A stretch of 64,000 bases of DNA from Macrostomum lignano (Eukaryota): positions 1 to 64,000 of the forward strand of contig NIVC01003085.1 of the NCBI GenBank assembly GCA_002269645.1, written 5' to 3'. Shown one piece after another: positions 10,893 to 22,820 of this stretch; the first letter of the stretch is position 1; each line of letters opens with the position of its first letter. The notes under the pieces are model-generated. The model ran no database searches. It was not told the origin of the DNA and was given only the letters and a program-made list of their open reading frames with translations. The position numbers were made by a program, and so were the translations under genes.

Positions 10893-12459
10893 AGATGGAG
10901 GATGCGCTCTACGGTGGCCGCGTAGAGTGCTTTATCCCGCATGCTGTGGCCAGCGAGACTGAGACTCTCAAATATCGGGATGTGGTGAGTAGCGATACTA
11001 CTAATATAGTAGAATATTTTGCAAAAAATACAGTTTATGAAAAAAAAATAATGCTTTATTTCAACTGGCAGGTCTCTCTGTACCCGACGGTGCAGTCGAA
11101 AGACCCATACCCGATTGGCCACCCGGTGCAACATCCGACGCCGCAAGTGCTCGATTCTGACGCGCTGGCTAGCTACTTTGGCATTGCCAAGGTGACAGTG
11201 CTGCCGCCGTCAGATTTGCACATTCCGCTGCTGCCCTACAGGGTGCAAAAGAAGCTCTTTTTTGGGCTTTGCCGCACCTGTATGGAGCAGCAGTGCGGCG
11301 AGTGCTGCGACCACTCTGACCAGCAGCGGGCACTGACTGGTACCTGGGCAACGCCGGAGCTGCGGAAGGCCTTCCAGTTGGGCTACCGGCTGCAGGCGGT
11401 GCACGCGCTGGCCTACTGGACAGAGAAGCGGACCGGTCTGTTCAGTGACTATGTCAGCACCTTTCTCAAGCTGAAGGCTGAGTCGAGCGGTTCCCCCGGC
11501 ATGTCGGATGAAGACAAGGCCGCCTACATTGCCGATTTTTACGCCAAGGAGGGCGTCACGCTGGACAAGGTCGAGCCCAACCCAGGACTTCGCTTTGTAG
11601 CGAAAATCTTTTTGAATTCGTAAGTATTCATAAATTTTTGTATTTTAAATGATTTTCTTCTTCTACTAACAGTAGCACTTCTTTTCACAACACACAGGCT
11701 CTGGGGCAAATTTTGTCAGCGTGATGACCTGACATCGACAGAAATTGTATCCAGCTACGAGGACTGGCTCGCCCGGCTGACCGACCCCAACCTCAAAGTC
11801 AAGGCCTGCGAACCGATTGGCAGCGAGTTTATGCTGCTAGAGTACCGGCACCGCTATTTTAATCAGCGGCCGTTCCGGTACTCCAATGTGCCAATCGGGG
11901 TCTTTACGACCACTCAGGCCCGGCTGCGCCTGTATGAGGCATTGGAGGGGCTCGGCGAACGGGCCATTTACTGCGACACTGACTCGTAAGTATTGCATTG
12001 GGAAAATTATTTTAGAATTGATTACATGTAAATAGTTAGCAATTATCTCGTTTTCTCTCCCACACAGGGTCGTTTACCGGCATTCCGAGGGCCAATGGGA
12101 GCCGCCCCATGGCACGAGCCTCGGAATGTGGACCGATGAGGTGCCCGCAGGCAGCCGGATGACCGACTTTGTAAGTGGGGGGGCCCAAACTCTACACTTA
12201 CATTGTCGAGGATGCGGCCGGTGCCCGGAGTCAGGTCCTGAAGTGCAAGGGCATCCGCCTGACTCCGGAGATTCGGGAGCGCAGCGATGAATTGCGCAGT
12301 GCCCTACTACACGGCGGCTCCCTGCAGCTGCCGCAGCTTCAGTTTAGGCGCGACAAGGCGTCTTGTACCATACACACAATCAATATGGACAAGACGTTTC
12401 AGCGCGTCCTGACGAAGCGCGTGTACGGGGCCTGCAGCAGGCCTTATGGTTATAAATAA
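10893..12459 (+). pseudogene. polB: Mirror copy of the pPolB polymerase-domain exons (introns 10985-11071, 11620-11697, 11986-12067); lacks exonuclease; G7 versus G6 run at ~12177-12183 shifts the last exon
   Basis: Reverse complement of the left arm; same splice sites; AATAAA at 12474-12479. Confidence 0.88.
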
Positions 12460-13192
12460 TGTGGCCCTTGCTTAATAAATATCTTGTTAAATTTGACTGA
12501 GTAAAATCTATTTATTGTTGTACATATTTTGCATGTTAAATTAATGAAGAGTTACATACTACTATACAAATGTACATAAAGCATTTTTGTATTGTATGCA
12601 GCGAAATTGCCAATGTAAAAATCTATTGTACATATTTTGCGTGTCAAACTTGTTTAAAATTATTTATGAAAAGAAAATTAATGAAAAACAATGTAAAATT
12701 TTCTGTATATTCTATTTGCTGGTAATGCTGTACATAAATTATTTCCTGTAATATGCTACTGATTAAATGTAAATATATCTTCATTGTAAATACTTATACA
12801 TGATGTACGCTACACGGTTAGTTGACTCATTTGGTAGTAGATGAGATTAGTAATTCTCGCCTCTGTGTACATGTAGCATTGTACATGTAATGTTGGTGCG
12901 CGCGCGCTGGGGATGACACTGTAGATTAATGCACATGTACATATAGAATTGGGGATAGACAATTTGGGATAGGGATTAATGTACATGGAATTAATGTACA
13001 ATTTGAGATAGATAGGGATTAATGTACATGGTATTAATATGAGCACATGGATTATTACAACTACATATTGCCACATCACGCTTAGGATAGCGTTTTTGTA
13101 TACTACTTACTTCATTTTCAGATAGTAGTATAATTTGCGTTTTTTGCGTCAAATCTGCCTGAAAACCCTGCTCTATCTGCGCATTACGTAGT

Positions 13193-13500
13193 AGCATCCC
13201 CCCAGATAGCATCCCCCAGATAACAAGCATCCCCCAGATAGCAAGCATCCCCCCAGATAGCATCCCCCAGATAGCAAGCATCCCCTGATAACAAGCATCC
13301 CCCAGACAGCAAGCATCCCCCAGACAGCAAGCATCCCCCAGATAGCAAGCATCCCCTGATAGCAAGCATCCCCCAGACAGCAAGCATCCCCCAGACAGCA
13401 AGCATCCCCCAGATAGCAAGCATCCCCTGATAGCAAGCATCCCGGCCCCTGATAGCAAGCATCCCCCCTGATAGCAAGCATCCCCCCAGATAGCAAGCAT
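13193..13500. repeat. GATAGCAAGCATCCCCCA satellite, right part
   Basis: Read directly. Confidence 0.97.
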
Positions 13501-14329
13501 CTTTGGATAGAAAGAATCCCATACATGTAGCTAGTACCCCTCTCTCCCAAATAGCAAGTACACCCCCCCCCCTAGAGAGCCTAAGATATCAGCATCCCCA
13601 GTGAGCTTTGGCAATCAGACTCCCTTGTAAGCCATGGCTTAAACCCTAACTCTCCCTTTGACCTGCCTTTGGCTTGGTGCACCAACAACTTCCAATTGAT
13701 CCTTGGCATCTCAGCAACCGGCCTCCATGAGTCAGCCCAGGTGGCACGAAGTACTTTAGAAGTACTTAACTAAGTCTTATCGCAGCAAAATTACATTTTA
13801 TTACTGTGTAGTGAATTAAATATTTTTAAGCAAAATTAATAGAGATTTAAGTGACACGCGCACCTGAGAACAAGAAGAATACGAGCTATGAATGGACCTA
13901 CAATTTGCCAGAGGGAGTAGTTTTGGAGTGCAAGCAAGCTTCGTAAAAGTCAAGGTACGAGTGGTACATGGACCTGATCGGTGGCTGTAGAGTGTAGACT
14001 GTTTGGCTGTCAAATGCATAAAAATGGCCGTTCAACAAACTGTCCTGTCAACCTCCCGAGAATTTCGCTTTAATATGTCTCATAGTTTAATGTGAGTTCT
14101 TAGAGTAGAGGTTTGCGTTTTTTTCTTGTGAGATTTTAATTTTGACCAATTAGGCTTACCTTAAGTCCCACAATCACTGCTAATCGCAAAGAACTTTTGG
14201 AACTCTTAATTTTAGCTTTAACTTCGAATGCATTATGTTCTTGACTTTGTCCTGCGAATTATTATAAATATCTAATGATAGCAACACTTACTTTATTGGA
14301 TTCCCTTTCCATATAAACTATCAGAGGGT

Positions 14330-14627
14330 GTCCTTAAAGGGGCCGTTTTACATGTACTCTTCCTATACATGTGCAAACTATAATGCTAGCTTATTGATGA
14401 CGCTATTTGTTTGCATTAATCTAATCTAACTTATTTTGTTACACAAAGAAACAACCATCTCATACATCCCTTCCCATATAAACTATCAGAGGGTGCCCTT
14501 AAAGGGGCCGTTTTACATGTACTCTTCCTATACATGTGCAAACCATAATGCTAGCTTATTGATGACACTATTTGTTTGCATTAATCTAATCTAACTTATT
14601 TTGTTACACAAAGAAACAATCATCTCG
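14330..14627. repeat. ~146-bp tandem duplication; each copy holds a degenerate histone-type stem-loop on the minus strand
   Basis: CATATAAACTATCAGAGGGTG...AAAGAAACAA(C/T)CATCTC occurs twice; the reverse complement contains AAAACGGCCCCTTTAAGG. Confidence 0.9.
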
Positions 14628-15108
14628 GGTAAAATGAGATTAACTAGGCTCACAAATCTTTCTTTGAAATTTTAGTCTTACAACTTAAGCTCCGTCTAGT
14701 TTAGGCCTAGCCCAGTTTTACGAGAAAAAATATTTAAACAATACACAGATAATAGAGACCTAACTATATAATCATACTTCAATTCTTAATCCTGGCTCGT
14801 TTATTCGAAGGAAGAGTGCAGTTTGAGCGGGTCTTTAGCTTGCTTTCTTGCTTTTTGTTCTTTTTCTTGTCCAGACTCCACTCCAGACCAAACCTACAGC
14901 CAGAGTTGTCACGTTCATATCAATTCTGCTTTATCCTGCTTTGTCTGTTGAAATTTGTGTTGTTCGGTTAGTTCATTTCTACTTCTTTCGTTCGAGTTTG
15001 TAGCTTTCTTAGGATTAGCAGGCTGCTATAGAACAAATAAAACTTGCAGTTCTACTTAGAGTAGAAGTGCGCATAAAAAATGATAGAAATTTAACATAAT
15101 TTTATCAG

Positions 15109-15160
15109 CCAATAAGAATACGATTCATAAATTATGATAATAGAAACTGCGCTATATAAA
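15109..15160 (+). promoter_or_regulatory. Histone H3 promoter: CCAAT (15109-15113) and TATA (TATATAAA 15153-15160)
   Basis: Motifs lie ~90-140 bp upstream of the H3 ATG. Confidence 0.6.
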
Positions 15161-15244
15161 CACGCGTTTTCTCATCTCGCCGCCATTCACCATCCCCTTG
15201 TCGTCAGAGGACTATTAAATTCATTTTGCTTTGTAGTTAAATAG

Positions 15245-15661
<417 letters not shown>

Positions 15662-15769
15662 ACTTTCCAATCGTCTCGCAACGTATCCCGGTGATCCTTC
15701 GATTGGTTAGCTTCGTCTCGACATCGGCATATAACAAAAGTCCGTCCATAGCAAACTCAACGCTAAAAC

Positions 15770-15785
15770 GGCCCTTTTCAGGGCC
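15770..15785 (+). terminator. Histone 3' stem-loop GGCCCTTTTCAGGGCC (AAAAC before, ACCAC after)
   Basis: Canonical 6-bp stem and 4-nt loop of an SLBP site, ~110 nt after the stop codon. Confidence 0.95.
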
Positions 15786-16639
15786 ACCACATTAAATTGA
15801 TGTCAAAATCGCCTGCTTAGTTTAGTCAAAACCCCCTGCCTAAACTTTTATCGAACAGCTGCTGAGCTGTAATAATCCTTTTTACTCAAAACAGGCAATG
15901 TGCTACATTACTGTATGTTCGTACAGAAAAATTTACGGAATGTCTATAAAAACCCAACTGTGTAACTTTGGGTAGAGATCGTGATCTTAGCTTAATGCAC
16001 ATAAGAGTATTTATTGTAAGTTACATTACTTACATTAAAGTTTGTTTAGGATTCAATCCTGTACTTCGTGAACCTCAACGGCTAGTTGACAATTTTGCAC
16101 TTGCACGGTAATAAAACGGCCCTTTTAGGGGCCGTGAAGGAATTGCTATTTAATGGCTGAATTTAGGAATTTAGGGTGAAGGAAGTTAAAGTAAACATAT
16201 GTCATTGTTTAGCAATTTGACGATCATTATTCACAATTTTAATGCAGAACAATCCGTTACTACAAACAATGCATTGTCTGTAGGATCGGCAAACAGAAAA
16301 ACAATGCAAAGAATCAGCGGTCGCAGCACGTGACAGCGATTTGTCTATGGCTCGCGCCTACAGGCGCTCGCCAGACAATCGTCACGCACTGGGACAGCTG
16401 ATTATTTATCCATGGTGTACGCTCATTTTTCAACGCTTCGAAGTCAATTTAATATAAGGCTACTAAAATTCATTCATGAAACAATGCATGTGCTTAAGCA
16501 ATAAAGACTTAGGTAGACAATGATTAATTTTTTCACTAGTGGCGGAGCCACTCGCTTCATGTAGCACTTTTTAATATCAATTTGGTTGATTAGCCAGGTG
16601 TTAAGACGCTGGTCTTGTTCTTCGTCGAACCTTCACAAC

Positions 16640-17775
16640 GTAGAAAACTTAGCAGCCACATTCACAAGATCGAAATTTCGCAACGCAGAAAACTACACTG
16701 CATGGTTCTTGTTATATCAGGTTTTCGACGTGAAATTTCGGGGTCCACCCCAACTGCCGGCCGGAAAACTGCTAGTCGACAACTGCCAGCCGACAACTGC
16801 CAGCCGGAAAACTGCCAGCCGACAACTGCCAGTCGACAATTGCCAGTCGACAATTGCCAGACGACAATTGCCAGCCGAGAAAACTGCCAGCGAGAAAAAC
16901 GCTAGATGTACGCCAGACAAAGCGTTTGTACGCCGGAATTTTCCGGCGTACACTACACCTTCCGCAATATGGCATTCAGGATCTAGCTAGAAAGTAGACA
17001 GCTTTGTTTACTATTTATTAAATCAGTTTATTATTCAGCAAAAACAGGTTGCCATTGCATTGTTACAGAAATCAGTTAGCCTAGCTACAAGTTGTTTTGT
17101 TTTATCGCCAACAAAAGTTTGTAAGCTTGTGCGGCATGTGCGCGAATCAGAGCTGGCAACTTTCGGCTCCTGCACGAACATCTTGGTTCAAATTTCGTAT
17201 TTTAGGTAGCCTTTGCTCTTTCTTTGAAAGCTTTATTTAAGTAAAGTAATTTAATAGACTTTTCTAGGATTGCGTCATATAGCAATCGCAATCGCAAATT
17301 AAATAATAAAGTAAATGAACTTTCAATACAAATATATTTACAATAGGCATTACAGAATGCCTTCTCTTTCACATATACACTTCTAATGGAAATCTGAAAA
17401 AATTAGGGAAGGGAAGGGCGACATTTAAGGCTACCCCACAAGCCTTTTGCTAGCCAAACAGTTTCGTACTTTTTACTTAGCTAATAAGTAGGCTACAGTA
17501 GATTCAATTAGCTAGAACTTGTCGGCTGGCAGTTGTCGACTGGCAGTTTTCCAACTGGCAGTTTTCTCGGCTGGCAATTTTCGGCTGGCAGTTGTCGGCT
17601 GGCAGTTGTCGGCTGGCAGTTGTCGGCTGGCGGTTTTCCGGCTGGCAGTTGGGGTGCTCCCGAAATTTCGAGCTAATAAAGTTTCGACCCTGTGAAAGTG
17701 GCTGCTATTCAAGTTTTTAATGTGAAATTTCGACCTTGTGAAATAATTTTCTTTTAGACCTGTGAAAGCACCCCG
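16640..17775. mobile_element. MITE-like inverted pair (arms ~16640-16905 and ~17515-17775) with internal CGACAACTGCCAGC subrepeats; partial third copy ~18385-18500
   Basis: GAAATTTCGGG..CACCCCAACTGCC(G/A)GCCGGAAAAC is shared in opposite orientation. Confidence 0.6.
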
Positions 17776-18724
17776 ACTGCTTTCGGGAGGCTGAGAAGAT
17801 TTGCTTCCGTCGTGCTCAAGCAGAAGGCTGTGCAAAGGGCCATCTCAAATAGCTTACCTTCGGATGTGCTCTCAAACATACATGTACATGCGCTGAGGCG
17901 CAACCCCCTGATTTACAGAGGCAGTGCGACTTAGCTATAATATAAAAAAACCCAAGTAAAAACGCATTTTGGGTAAACGGCAGGAGTAACTATTTATTAT
18001 TACATTAAGGCTAAATGCCTCGTCATCTAATTAGTGCCACGTCTTTTTCGGTGGGAATTTTTGCGACTTACATGTACTCGTACCTTGGCTTGGGCCCCTC
18101 GCCAGCCTTAACAACAGTAGTTCCAGAGAAACAAAGAATGGAAGGTGAAGCATCTCCGAGAATAAACTTTTAAAAAGATTGAAGTTTGAAAGCTTAAAAA
18201 AGCAAGTTTGAAATAATTGACTAAGAATTTCCCACCCTCCGTTTCTACCCACTCTCATGGCATTTGCGGGATGCCATAATTGTCAATGTCTCAATTGTAA
18301 GTTTTAATTGTCATTTCATTGTTTAATTTACTGCCATTGAGTCGAAGTCTATTTCGACTACTGCACAGTTCTTGTTAAATTAAGTTTTCGACGCTTTGAA
18401 ATTTCGACCTTATGAAGTCCCTTGCTAAAGTTTTCGATATTGTGAAATAATTTACTTTTCGACGTGAAATTTCGACCCTGTGAAAGCACCCCAACTTTTT
18501 GCTGATTACTCGCGTTTTCAAATTACATTTAATCGATTTTTCTATATGTACAATTATATGCAATATATGCAATTCATAGTATGATTAGCCCAGGCAATTC
18601 ACATGTCAGATATGGCGCGTAAAAGGGCCTTCTCGACTCTGTCATACCAATGATGTCATCCACAACATCTTTACTTTCCAATTTACAAAGTATGCATAGC
18701 CTGTTGCATTTGAGACAAAAAATT

Positions 18725-20110
18725 GTCAGGATTGAGGTGAGACAAATTTAAACATTGTGTCAGGATTGAGATGGACAAATTAAACATTGTGTCAGGATGG
18801 AGGTTGAGACAAATAAAACATTGTCAGGATTGAAGTGAGACAAATTAAACATTGTGTCAGGATGGAGGTTGAGACAAATTAAACATTGTCAGGATGGAGG
18901 TGAGAGCCAAATTAAACATTGTCAGGATGGAGGTTGAGATAAATTAAACATTGTCAGGATGGAGGTGAGAGAAATTAAACATTGTCAGGATGGAGGTTGA
19001 GATAAATTAAACATTGTCAGGATGGAGGTGAGAGAAATTAAACATTGTCAGGATTGAAGTGAGACAAATTAAACATTGTCAGGATGGAGGTGAGAGACAA
19101 ATTAAACATTGTCAGGATGGAGGTAGAGATAAATTAAACATTGTCAGGATGGAGGTGAGAGAAATTAAACATTGTCAGGATTGAAGTGAGACAAATTAAA
19201 CATTGTGTCAGGATGGAGGTTGAGACAAATAAAACATTGTGTCAGGATGGAGGTTGAGACAAATTAAACATTGTCAGGATTGAAGTGAGACAAATTAAAC
19301 ATTGTCAGGATTGAAGTGAGACAAATTAAACATTGTGTCAGGATGGAGGTGAGAGACAAATTAAACATTGTCAGGATGGAGGTTGAGATAAATTAAACAT
19401 TGTCAGGATGGAGGTGAGAGACAAATTAAACATTGTCAGGATGGAGGTTGAGACAAATTAAACATTGTCAGGATGGAGGTGAGAGACAAATTAAACATTG
19501 TCAGGATGGAGGTTGAGACAAATTAAACATTGTCAGGATGGAGGTTGAGATAAATTAAACATTGTCAGGATGGAGGTTGAGATAAATTAAACATTGTCAG
19601 GATGGAGGTTGAGATAAATTAAACATTGTCAGGATTGAAGTGAGACAAATTAAACATTGTCAGGGACTCAGGATGGAGGTGAGAGACAAATAAAACAGTG
19701 TCAGGATTGAGGTGGACAAATTAAACATTGTGTCAGGATTGAAGTGAGACAAATTAAACAGTGTCAGGATGGAGGTTGAGATAAATTAAACATTGTCAGG
19801 ATGGAGGTGAGAGACAAATTAAACATTGTCAGGATGGAGGTTGAGATAAATTAAACATTGTCAGGATGGAGGTGAGAGAAATTAAACATTGTCAGGATTG
19901 AAGTGAGACAAATTAAACATTGTGTCAGGATGGAGGTGAGACAAATAAAACAGTGTCAGGATGGAGGTTGAGATAAATTAAACATTGTCAGGATGGAGGT
20001 GAGAGAAATTAAACATTGTCAGGATTGAAGTGAGACAAATTAAACATTGTGTCAGGATGGAGGTGAGACAAATAAAACAGTGTCAGGATTGAGGTGGACA
20101 AATTAAACAT
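18725..20110. repeat. Minisatellite, ~33 bp unit GTCAGGATGGAGGTTGAGACAAATTAAACATT
   Basis: Read directly. Confidence 0.97.
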
Positions 20111-20504
20111 ATTGTATCAGGATTGAGTTGAGAGACAAACATTGGATGGATTCATTATATTAGGCTCGAAAGAAACCTGTATTAAGACACCCCAAAGAGC
20201 GAATATTTTGTTTAAAGTACAGATATTTTTATGCAGCTAACATTCAGAAACAATGTAATAGATATAACTAAGTTCCTATAATCTACATTAAACCTATAAA
20301 ATGATTGATTTATGATTGTAAAATTAGACAGCTGCTCGAATTCTGAGCTGGTACCTTTGTTGCTGCAAATGATCGAACTCCGCTGGAAACTTTCCCGGCT
20401 GGCAAAGTTCGTAGACCAAATTCATATAGCGTTTTTAGTAGGGCAAATGCTTGTCATTGGTTCTGTGCTGCTTTTACCTGCCTATTTGTGGATGTACTAG
20501 CTTT

Positions 20505-21490
20505 CCACCAGTGGGTGTGATACGGGACTGATACCTGTCCATCAGTGGGTATGCTACCTGTTCATCAGTGGGTATGCTACCTGTCCATCAGTGGGTGTGA
20601 TACCTGTCCATCAGTGGGTATGCTACCTGTCCATCAGTGGGTATGCTACCTGTTCATCAGTGGGTATGCTACCTGTCCATCAGTGGGTGTGATACCTGTC
20701 CATCAGTGGGTATGCTACCTGTCCATCAGTGGGTATGCTACCTGTCCATCAGTGGGTATGCTACCTGTCCATCAGTGGGTGTGGTACCTGCCCATCAGGT
20801 GTGCTACGTACCTGCCCATCAGGTGTGCTACGTACCTGCCCACCAGTGGGTGTGATGCCTGTCCACCAGTGGGTGTGATATCTGTCTATTAGTGGGTGTG
20901 ATACCTGTCCATCAGTGGGTGTGATACCTGTCTATCAGCATGTGTGCTACCTGTCCATCAGACTGTGCTACCTGTCTATCAGCATGTGTGCTACCTGTCC
21001 ATCAGACTGTGCTACCTGTCTATCAGCATGTGTGCTACCTGTCCATCAGACTGTGCTACCTGTCTATCAGCATGTGTGCTACCTGTCTATCAGCATGTGC
21101 TACCTGTCTATCAGCATGTGCTACCTGTCTATCAGTATGTGCTACCTGTCTATCAGTATGTGCTACGTGTCTGTCAGTATGTGCTACCTGTTCTATCAGT
21201 ATGTGCTACCTGTCCAATGTCCATCAGTGGGTGTGATACCTGTCCATCAGTATGTGCTACCTGTCCATCAGTATGTGTTACCTGTCCATCAGTATGTGCT
21301 ACCTGTCCATCAGTATGTGTTACCTGTCCTTCAGTGGGTGTGATACCTGTCCATCAGTATGTGTGTTACCTGTCCATCAGTGGGTGTGATACCTGTCCAT
21401 CAGTATGTGTGTTACCTGTCCATCAGTGGGTGTGATACCTGTCTATTAGTATGTGCTACCTGTCTATCAGTATGTGCTGCTACCTGTCCA
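20505..21490. repeat. Minisatellite, 21-23 bp unit TACCTGTCCATCAGTGGGTATGC and variants
   Basis: Read directly. Confidence 0.95.
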
Positions 21491-22244
21491 GTAGCATGTG
21501 TGCCATTTCCAGTTGCACACAAAGTTGTTACTCGTAAAAGAACAGAAACAAAGAATGGAAGGCGAAGCATTTCCGAGAATAAACTTGAAAAGAAGATATA
21601 AGCAACGGTAAAAACGCATGTTACGCATGTAATTTGCAGGAGAAGTGGGAGGTGATTATTAAGACAAAAAACACACAGGGGATTGCTGTAGAAAGGACAA
21701 ATGCGACTTAGAATTGGTGCAAGTTGGCAAACGACAAACTGAATATAATAGTACGCATAAAGTATTTTCCTGTAGCAAAACAATGCCAAGTGAAATATGA
21801 ATATAAGCAAAAATGAAATAAGGCAGAGAATAGATAAACTGCGATACAGGCGATCACTGTTCGCTCAGCGGCTATTGCGAGAATATAAATGGTGATAATA
21901 AATAAATCTAATTAATGCAACGGTAAACTAAATAGCAAATTTTATAGACTGGGACATTTAAATGCTAAGATGAATAATGTTTCTATACCTCTCAGAAAGT
22001 CACTTAATATAGTATTTAATGTAAACTAAGCATTACTTCAAGCGCATTTTGCACTTTTGTTATTGTCGTAAATATTTAATATTTATCTATATTTAATAGA
22101 CGCTGGCGCAGTATGGAGTTCAGTGTATGCAAAGTTTTCTAGGGCCTGGACTCTTTCAGAGGCGCTAGGAGTTTAGTGTATTTATTAAAATTGAAAAAGC
22201 AGATGCGAACTTGAATCACAAGCCAGAGAGCATAGCTCCCAGCT

Positions 22245-22820
22245 TGGGAATGGGAAAGGGATGGGGAATAGGATAGGGACTGGGATGTATCAGGGATGGG
22301 ATTAGGAATGGGGAATGGGGTGGGATTAGGGAGTGGGGAATGGGATGCATTGGGGATGGTATTGGGAATGGGGAATGGGATGGGATTAGGGAGCAGGGAA
22401 TGGGATGCATTGGGGATGGTATTGGGAATGGGGAATGGGATGGGATTAGGGAGCAGGGAATGGGATGCATTGGGGATGGTATTGGGAATGGGGAATGGGA
22501 TGGGATTAGGGAGCAGGGAATGGGATGCATTGGGGATGGTATTGGGAATGGGGAATGGGATGGGATTAGGGAGCAGGGAATGGGATGCATTGGGGATGGT
22601 ATTGGGAATGGGGAATGGTGGGATTATGGAGTAGGGAATGCGATGAATTGGGGATGGTATTGGGAATGGGAAATGGGGTGGGATTAGGGAGTGGGGAGTG
22701 GGATGCATTAGGGATGGGAATGGGATTAGGGATGGAGAATGGAATGAGATTAGGAATGAATAATCACATTAGATTGGTAATTGGGATAGGACTGGGGATG
22801 GGAAATGGGATGGATTGAAA
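22245..22820. repeat. G-rich 60-bp tandem repeat (GGGAATGGGATGGGATTAGGGAGCAGGG...)
   Basis: Lines 22381, 22441 and 22501 are identical 60-mers. Confidence 0.95.

Larger units (their letters stand above)
7233..13192. mobile_element. Maverick/Polinton-derived non-autonomous fold-back element; arms 7233-9530 and 10893-13192, spacer 9531-10892, 6-bp TSD AGCATC (7227-7232 and 13193-13198)
   Basis: The ends ACTACGTAATGCGCAG... and ...CTGCGCATTACGTAGT are reverse complements. Mirrored ORF coordinates sum to 20423-20425 throughout the arms. pPolB motifs are present, and the 6-bp TSD is typical of Mavericks. No integrase, ATPase, protease or capsid ORFs were seen. Confidence 0.92.
6202..13760 (-). 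mobile_element. Non-autonomous Helitron-family copy (3' end at 6202, 5' end not located), interrupted by the Maverick-derived element
   Basis: The reverse complement of 6202-6460 aligns with the 3' end of the 25133-27448 Helitron (GC hairpin, then CTAGATTGCTAG|T), and homology stops at CTAG|T. 13500-13580 matches 26830-26900 inverted. The same GATAGCAAGCATCCCC satellite lies inside. Confidence 0.7.

Noticed and set aside
10817-11623. VSSDTTNIVEYFAKNTVYEKKIMLYFNWQ as a protein insertion or mini-intein
   Set aside because: It is an AT-rich GT..AG intron. The left-arm copy is 86 nt and frame-breaking, and there are no intein terminal residues.
7233-13192. Complete autonomous Maverick or adintovirus
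   Set aside because: No integrase, packaging ATPase, protease or capsid genes; only the terminus and polB are present.
14780-15040. Divergent partner histone gene (H2B/H4/H1) upstream of H3
   Set aside because: Minus-strand translation is Lys-rich but contains stops and shows no histone fold.
22245-22820. Interstitial telomere
   Set aside because: TTAGGG occurs once per 60-bp unit, not as a tandem hexamer run.
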